64,000 nucleotides of DNA, from contig JAFLCD010000008.1 of the NCBI GenBank assembly GCA_017302715.1, positions 37,924 to 101,923 of the forward strand. The letters are read 5' to 3'. Source of the DNA: Deltaproteobacteria bacterium (GTDB lineage Bacteria > Bdellovibrionota > UBA2394). Positions 58,829-64,000 of the stretch are shown here, in pieces; the stretch's first letter is position 1, and every line of letters begins with the position of its first letter. The position numbers and the translations under genes are program-made. The notes under the pieces are model-generated. The model was not told where the DNA came from, searched no databases, and saw nothing but the letters and a program-made list of their open reading frames with translations.

Positions 58829-60502
58829 ATGTCTGAAAAAATCATTTTTACGCTTAAAAAACTGAGCAAAATCGTTCCACCTAAAAAACAAATCCTTAAA
58901 GATATCTATTTGTCTTTTTATTATGGCGCCAAAATTGGCGTGCTCGGATTAAACGGCGCGGGAAAATCTTCTCTACTTAAAATCATCGCGGGCCTCGACA
59001 AAGATTTCGACGGCGAAATGCTCAAAAGCGATGGTTACTCGGTTGGCATCTTGATGCAAGAGCCTCAGCTCGATGAAAAAAAGACCGTCCGCGAAAACGT
59101 CGCGATGGGCCTAAAAGAAACCGGCGCCTTGCTCGCTGAGTTCGCTGCGATCAACGCTAAATTTGCCGAAGAAATGTCTCCAGAAGATATGGAGAAGCTC
59201 ATTGCGAAACAGGCTTCGGTTCAAGAAAAAATCGATGCGGTCAACGGCTGGGAAATGGAACGCGTTTTAGAAACCGCAGCCGAAGCTTTGCGACTTCCTC
59301 CGATGGATGGTCCCGTCACTCACCTTTCAGGAGGTGAAAAACGTCGGGTCGCGCTTTGTCGCTTGCTCCTCGAAGCTCCAGACATTTTGCTTTTAGATGA
59401 GCCCACCAACCACTTAGATGCTGAGTCTGTGGCCTGGTTAGAAATTTATTTGCAAAATTATAAAGGCACCGTCATCGCCGTCACTCACGATCGTTACTTC
59501 TTGGATCATGTAGCGGGTTGGATTTTGGAACTCGATCGCGGAGAAGGAATTCCGTTTAAAGGAAATTATTCTTCATGGCTTGAGCAAAAAGAAGAGCGAA
59601 TGCGACAAGAAGAAAAGACCGAAGAAAATCGTCAGCGAACTTTGGAACGAGAACTCGAATGGATTCGACAAAGTCCTTCGGCCAGACGAGCGAAATCAAA
59701 AGCTCGTATTGCGGCTTACGAAAAAATGGTGGCTGAAGGCGGCGCTGATAATATCGACGATCTTCAAATTTATATTCCACCAGGACCACGACTTGGAAAC
59801 ACTGTCGTTGAATTTAAAAATCTGTCGAAAGCTTTTGGCGATAAACTTCTGATTGAAGATCTTACTTTTAACTTACCTCGCGGCGGAATCGTTGGCGTGA
59901 TCGGACCAAACGGCGCTGGTAAAACAACACTTTTTAAAATGATTGTCGGCCAAGAAAAACCTAATTCAGGAACTTTGAAAGTCGGCGACACGGTTAAATT
60001 TTGTTACGCCGAACAAACTCGAGATTCTCTCGATCCAAACAAAACGGTCTACGACGAAATTTCTCAAGGGCAAGATCTGATTGCGCTTGGAAAAAAAGAA
60101 GTGAACGCTCGCGCTTATGTCGCACGCTATAATTTTACCGGCGGCGATCAACAAAAGAAAATGAGTCAACTCTCTGGAGGAGAACGAAATCGCGTTTTAC
60201 TTGCGAAGATGCTGCGCGAAGGTTCGAATTTGTTGCTGCTCGATGAACCCACGAATGATCTCGATGTGAATACTCTGCGTGCACTTGAAGAAGCTTTAAA
60301 TTCTTATGCAGGTTGCGCCGTTATTATTTCTCACGATCGTTGGTTCTTAGATCGTGTGGCGACGGCGATTCTGGCATTCGAAGGCGATTCGAAAGTCGTT
60401 TATTTCGAAGGAAATTATTCGGACTACGAAGAAGATCGAAAGAAACGCCTCGGCGATGCGGCTCCAAAGCCCATTAAATATAAGCCGCTCAAAGTGGCTT
60501 AA
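58829..60502 (+). CDS. ettA: ABC-F translational throttle ATPase EttA
   Basis: Two ABC cassettes (GLNGAGKSS / [17 protein letters not shown] / LSGGERNR) without TM domains. Inter-domain arm. 557 aa. N-terminus typical of EttA. Confidence 0.9.
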   Translation: MSEKIIFTLKKLSKIVPPKKQILKDIYLSFYYGAKIGVLGLNGAGKSSLLKIIAGLDKDFDGEMLKSDGYSVGILMQEPQLDEKKTVRENVAMGLKETGALLAEFAAINAKFAEEMSPEDMEKLIAKQASVQEKIDAVNGWEMERVLETAAEALRLPPMDGPVTHLSGGEKRRVALCRLLLEAPDILLLDEPTNHLDAESVAWLEIYLQNYKGTVIAVTHDRYFLDHVAGWILELDRGEGIPFKGNYSSWLEQKEERMRQEEKTEENRQRTLERELEWIRQSPSARRAKSKARIAAYEKMVAEGGADNIDDLQIYIPPGPRLGNTVVEFKNLSKAFGDKLLIEDLTFNLPRGGIVGVIGPNGAGKTTLFKMIVGQEKPNSGTLKVGDTVKFCYAEQTRDSLDPNKTVYDEISQGQDLIALGKKEVNARAYVARYNFTGGDQQKKMSQLSGGERNRVLLAKMLREGSNLLLLDEPTNDLDVNTLRALEEALNSYAGCAVIISHDRWFLDRVATAILAFEGDSKVVYFEGNYSDYEEDRKKRLGDAAPKPIKYKPLKVA

Positions 60503-60535
60503 GCTTGGCATAAAAGTTGCACTTTTAGCGGATTC

Positions 60536-61777
60536 ATGAAAATAAAATTTTTCATTTTCATTTTTGCATTTGGCATTTTTTCGAACGCCGGAGCTTTTGC
60601 AAATGTTGAATGCCTAAAGATCCTTTCAGATATTTCTAGCGATGCGAAAGAAAGTTTATCTCCTTTTGGCGAGAAGGTTTTTGAATTTTGGCATTCCGTT
60701 ACGAAATTAAAATTAGATAAGCCCGACCTCCAACCGAGTCAACTTGGGGCTCAGGCACTCCTTATTGATAAATCTAGTTACGATTGGATTTTAGGACGCC
60801 TTGAAAAGGAATTATCTCAGAAAATAAACGACTTAAATCGAATGGAAAAACTTAATGTTCAAGAAAAGGATTGGCGCCACGTTAAAAAGCTTCTCGAACA
60901 TCTTTCAGAATGGTCGGAGTTCGCGGGTCTAGCCAAAATAAAAAGAGACGCTCAAGGCATTTTAAATGAATTAAAATTTCGAGCTGCTAGACCAACTTAC
61001 GAAGATCTTTGGATTGCCACACAAGTATGGTTGAAATTTCGTGGTTATTACTTTATTGACCCAGTTGCAATTGTAAACGCTCGAGCTCAAGGCAAACCGG
61101 TAAGAAGTAGTATCTCACAAGAATTTGCAGAAAGAAGAAGATTTGCAAAAGAGTTTCACGAAATTCTTCTCTTGCTGAAAGGCCAACTACATAAACCAGC
61201 AAGTTTTCAAATTTTTGATGAATTAAAGCCGATTCTCAATCCAAATGCGGTTGACCTCCCGACTCATTTTTCTTTATCGATCGAAGAAATCAACTCCCTC
61301 TCTTTTTTACCCGTTTATCTTCTAGGCCTTGTCGACAGGCCCACTGCTGCCGATAGCCGATTTCTCGATTCAAATAATTTTTTTATCCACGATCAAGGTC
61401 ACGCAACTTTTTTGAAACGTTCGAATTACCACGATTTTAGCGGTAACATTGATTCCTCCATTCAATCAGTACTCCGCCGACTTACTTTTTGGAAAAAACT
61501 TAAAAATAAAATTTCTCAATTTTCACCAACTGAACAAAAAGCCATTCAGTATTGGATTTTTGAAATTACCCATGAAACCAATGGTAGCAATTCCTCGGAT
61601 GCTATGAATTTTTCGAGAGAGGGTTTTTTAAACCGACTTTCGAGTTTAGACCCCTCGGCTCTCAACTGGCGACTGAGTCCTTTGGATTTTGGAACTGATG
61701 TTTCAACTGAGGTCTCGATTCAAGCTCACGCACAATTGAAAGAAATTCTTACAGCATTAAAAGATGATTCAAAGTGA
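60536..61777 (+). CDS. Secreted hypothetical protein
   Basis: Signal peptide MKIKFFIFIFAFGIFSNAGAFA. 413 aa. FIHDQGHATF motif of unknown meaning. Confidence 0.45.
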   Translation: MKIKFFIFIFAFGIFSNAGAFANVECLKILSDISSDAKESLSPFGEKVFEFWHSVTKLKLDKPDLQPSQLGAQALLIDKSSYDWILGRLEKELSQKINDLNRMEKLNVQEKDWRHVKKLLEHLSEWSEFAGLAKIKRDAQGILNELKFRAARPTYEDLWIATQVWLKFRGYYFIDPVAIVNARAQGKPVRSSISQEFAERRRFAKEFHEILLLLKGQLHKPASFQIFDELKPILNPNAVDLPTHFSLSIEEINSLSFLPVYLLGLVDRPTAADSRFLDSNNFFIHDQGHATFLKRSNYHDFSGNIDSSIQSVLRRLTFWKKLKNKISQFSPTEQKAIQYWIFEITHETNGSNSSDAMNFSREGFLNRLSSLDPSALNWRLSPLDFGTDVSTEVSIQAHAQLKEILTALKDDSK

Positions 61778-61787
61778 TTGAACACTT

Positions 61788-63887
61788 ATGAATATACGTA
61801 AATTCAAGCGGATTTTGTTGTTTAAGATGGCAAAGCGCTTGCTGACATCCAAAATAATATTTTTTAGTATTTCATTTCTTATTTTTGAGTCCACGAGTTT
61901 TTGTCTATGGGGATCTTCGTTAGAAGTTTGCCAAAAAATTATTAAAAAATTTTCAGAGACCTCCCGCAAGCCGCCAAAAATTCCTCTCGTGCCCACAGAA
62001 GAATGGCTGGAGCAAAATCTTCTTTTTGGCCCAGAAATGACTTACTCAAGTGAAGTTCTCAAGGATTTTGATTCGGGCCCTAGAATCACTTCTAAAGACT
62101 CTACCGTTAAATTTGAAAACAATGCCGCTAGTCGAATAAAATTGGCTGCGTGGTTAAAAAAATATCGATTTACCAAAAATAGTAAAATTCCTGATGAGGT
62201 CGCACGTTTTATTTTTGATGGAATTGACTTTGTGAAAGGCGAAGGGTTTTTGGATGGCAGAAACCACAGTATTCGACATCAGTCTAGAAAGTTTAAAATT
62301 CATACCAACAATTCTGTCGTAAAATTTATTCTAGATTTATCTGACGGCAGCCAATTGAGCGTCAATCTTGAGCCTGGAGCTATTGAAGTCAATCAAGCTC
62401 CGGCCCATTTTGACGAACTCAGCAATCGATGGAAAGTAATGGATGAGCGAATCCGAGCTCAAGGCTTTGTAGGTACCTATGATTTTGCATCGGGGGGTGG
62501 TGGCGGACATATACATTTGGGATTCAAAAGCCGCGAAAACAATCTTTTTGTTTTAGCACCCGACATGCTTTTCAATTTGATAAATAAATTTATTTATTAT
62601 CCGAGTCTATTTTTCTTCTTGAGAGAAATCGGAGATTACTCTTCTGATTCTACGAGCCATTCACCTTTTGATATATTCTCCAGCACTTCGGCGAAAGATT
62701 TTTCTCAAGATTTAAAGTTATTTGCAAAGTTATCAAGGGGACGGCAATTAAGAACTGTCGTTCCTTGGAAATATTCTCTAAAGAAAGACTCCATCCTCTT
62801 TTCACTCGCAGATCATGATTCGTTTATTTCTCTCAAAAGATTTGCAACAAGCCAAAACCCTACTTTGGAAGTTAGATTTCCGAGAGCTTTTTCAGAATTT
62901 GACGAAATGAAATTAGTGGCAAAAATTCTTCTAAAAATAATTGCTAGAGCCTATCAGCCCACACCAAAATCTGATCCCTTATCTGTTAATGAATGGACCT
63001 CTTCAGGCTTAGAAAAAAATTTAGACATCCTGGCTAAGGGACTAAATCTTTCTAAGAAGGAGACACAGTCTATTCGATTTTATGGAAATGAAGATCTGCT
63101 GGCTCCCTCGCCTTTTAAAAACAAAGGCGAATGGAAATCTGCTAAAATTAGACCCTTTCAAGTCAGCGCGGAAGCACTGCCCATTTATGAATTTTCTGTA
63201 GATGTTAAAGAGCTGGGTGTAGGCGAGAACGAAATCTCGAGAGTGTTTGTGAATGGTACAAACGAAACTCTTATTATCGAACATGATCCGTCAGGCAGGG
63301 CACGCCTTCATTTTAGATTTTATATCTACCCGAGTATTCAAAATGAGTTTTTGATTTCACTTCAAAAAAAAGATCGAACTTTAATAAATTTTGGAATCAG
63401 TGCGACACCTGATTCTAAAAACAAAGGCTGGCATACATTTAGAAAAACGAACGTCTCTTGGCGTAAGATTTCAGACCTCAATTATTTCAGTCGATTATTC
63501 CCTAATCATATGGATTTTCTTGAACTGAAATCCAGAATTGATTTTTTAAAACCGATGTCAATTCTCGGCGACACTTTTGCCGTTGTCCTTCAGTTGAGAT
63601 CTTTAGGTATGAGTTCTAACAATATCCTCGAACTTTTATCATTTTATGAAACCGTGCCAGATAGAAATTTCATAATTAGATCTACGACTTTGAATCAATC
63701 ATTAAAATTTGTACGTTTTCGAACAGATAAGAAAGAAACCGTCGTTTATCCCATGCGATGGCTAGGTAGTGATTATTCAAATAATTATGGATTGATTTTA
63801 AATGTGGACCCCCGCCATTTTTCGCTCATTTCACGTTTTTTAAAAGGAGATTCAACTATTTTAGCTGATCAAGTCGAAGCCCCCTAG
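61788..63887 (+). CDS. Large hypothetical protein with a Gly-rich GGGGGHIHLG motif (possible GCS2/amidoligase-like domain)
   Basis: 699 aa. N-terminal hydrophobic segment. AIEVNQAP...YDFASGGGGGHIHLGF resembles the Glu...GxHxHxG catalytic pattern of YbdK/amidoligase enzymes. The C-terminal about 400 aa are unassigned. Confidence 0.45.
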   Translation: MNIRKFKRILLFKMAKRLLTSKIIFFSISFLIFESTSFCLWGSSLEVCQKIIKKFSETSRKPPKIPLVPTEEWLEQNLLFGPEMTYSSEVLKDFDSGPRITSKDSTVKFENNAASRIKLAAWLKKYRFTKNSKIPDEVARFIFDGIDFVKGEGFLDGRNHSIRHQSRKFKIHTNNSVVKFILDLSDGSQLSVNLEPGAIEVNQAPAHFDELSNRWKVMDERIRAQGFVGTYDFASGGGGGHIHLGFKSRENNLFVLAPDMLFNLINKFIYYPSLFFFLREIGDYSSDSTSHSPFDIFSSTSAKDFSQDLKLFAKLSRGRQLRTVVPWKYSLKKDSILFSLADHDSFISLKRFATSQNPTLEVRFPRAFSEFDEMKLVAKILLKIIARAYQPTPKSDPLSVNEWTSSGLEKNLDILAKGLNLSKKETQSIRFYGNEDLLAPSPFKNKGEWKSAKIRPFQVSAEALPIYEFSVDVKELGVGENEISRVFVNGTNETLIIEHDPSGRARLHFRFYIYPSIQNEFLISLQKKDRTLINFGISATPDSKNKGWHTFRKTNVSWRKISDLNYFSRLFPNHMDFLELKSRIDFLKPMSILGDTFAVVLQLRSLGMSSNNILELLSFYETVPDRNFIIRSTTLNQSLKFVRFRTDKKETVVYPMRWLGSDYSNNYGLILNVDPRHFSLISRFLKGDSTILADQVEAP

Positions 63888-64000
63888 AATCAGCTTTCAA
63901 AAGCTTTAACAGCTAGATCGAGCCAATGCATCCTTCGGCTCAATTGGATATTTTTTTGTAAAGCAGGCGTCGCACATAGGGCGATCGATTTTAAGGCCGG

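Noticed and set aside
1-64000. CRISPR arrays, prophage, IS elements or integrases
   Set aside because: No regularly spaced direct repeats, no integrase/transposase/phage structural gene signatures in any frame. Only the two short MITE-like inverted-repeat elements were found.

Overview
AT-rich, gene-dense bacterial chromosomal segment of about 60 protein genes, 2 tRNAs and 1 tRNA fragment. No rRNA, CRISPR array, integrase or transposase was found. The many signal-peptide or lipoprotein hypothetical proteins, the GldA/F/G-like ABC module with DUF4340, and the HtrA and outer-membrane protein content fit a Gram-negative, possibly predatory Bdellovibrio-like organism; this taxonomic guess is inference only. 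Housekeeping genes recognised from the translations: rpmB, rpsR, an aspartate-type aminotransferase, coaD, eno, aspS, lysA-dapA plus a DapL-like aminotransferase, an accD-folC-panB-panC operon, ettA, rluD-like, pgeF, cvpA, and a two-component system with a GAFTGA-less NtrC-type regulator. Candidates for undescribed biology: (i) a translationally coupled operon of a membrane hydrolase-like protein and two tandem ArsA/Get3-like ATPases facing a B12-radical-SAM gene; (ii) a 12-Cys small secreted protein; (iii) two MITE-like perfect inverted-repeat elements; (iv) a 1003-aa peptidase/beta-propeller/beta-barrel outer-membrane protein; (v) a terminal pair of large hypothetical proteins, one with a GGGGGHIHLG motif reminiscent of GCS2/amidoligase enzymes.
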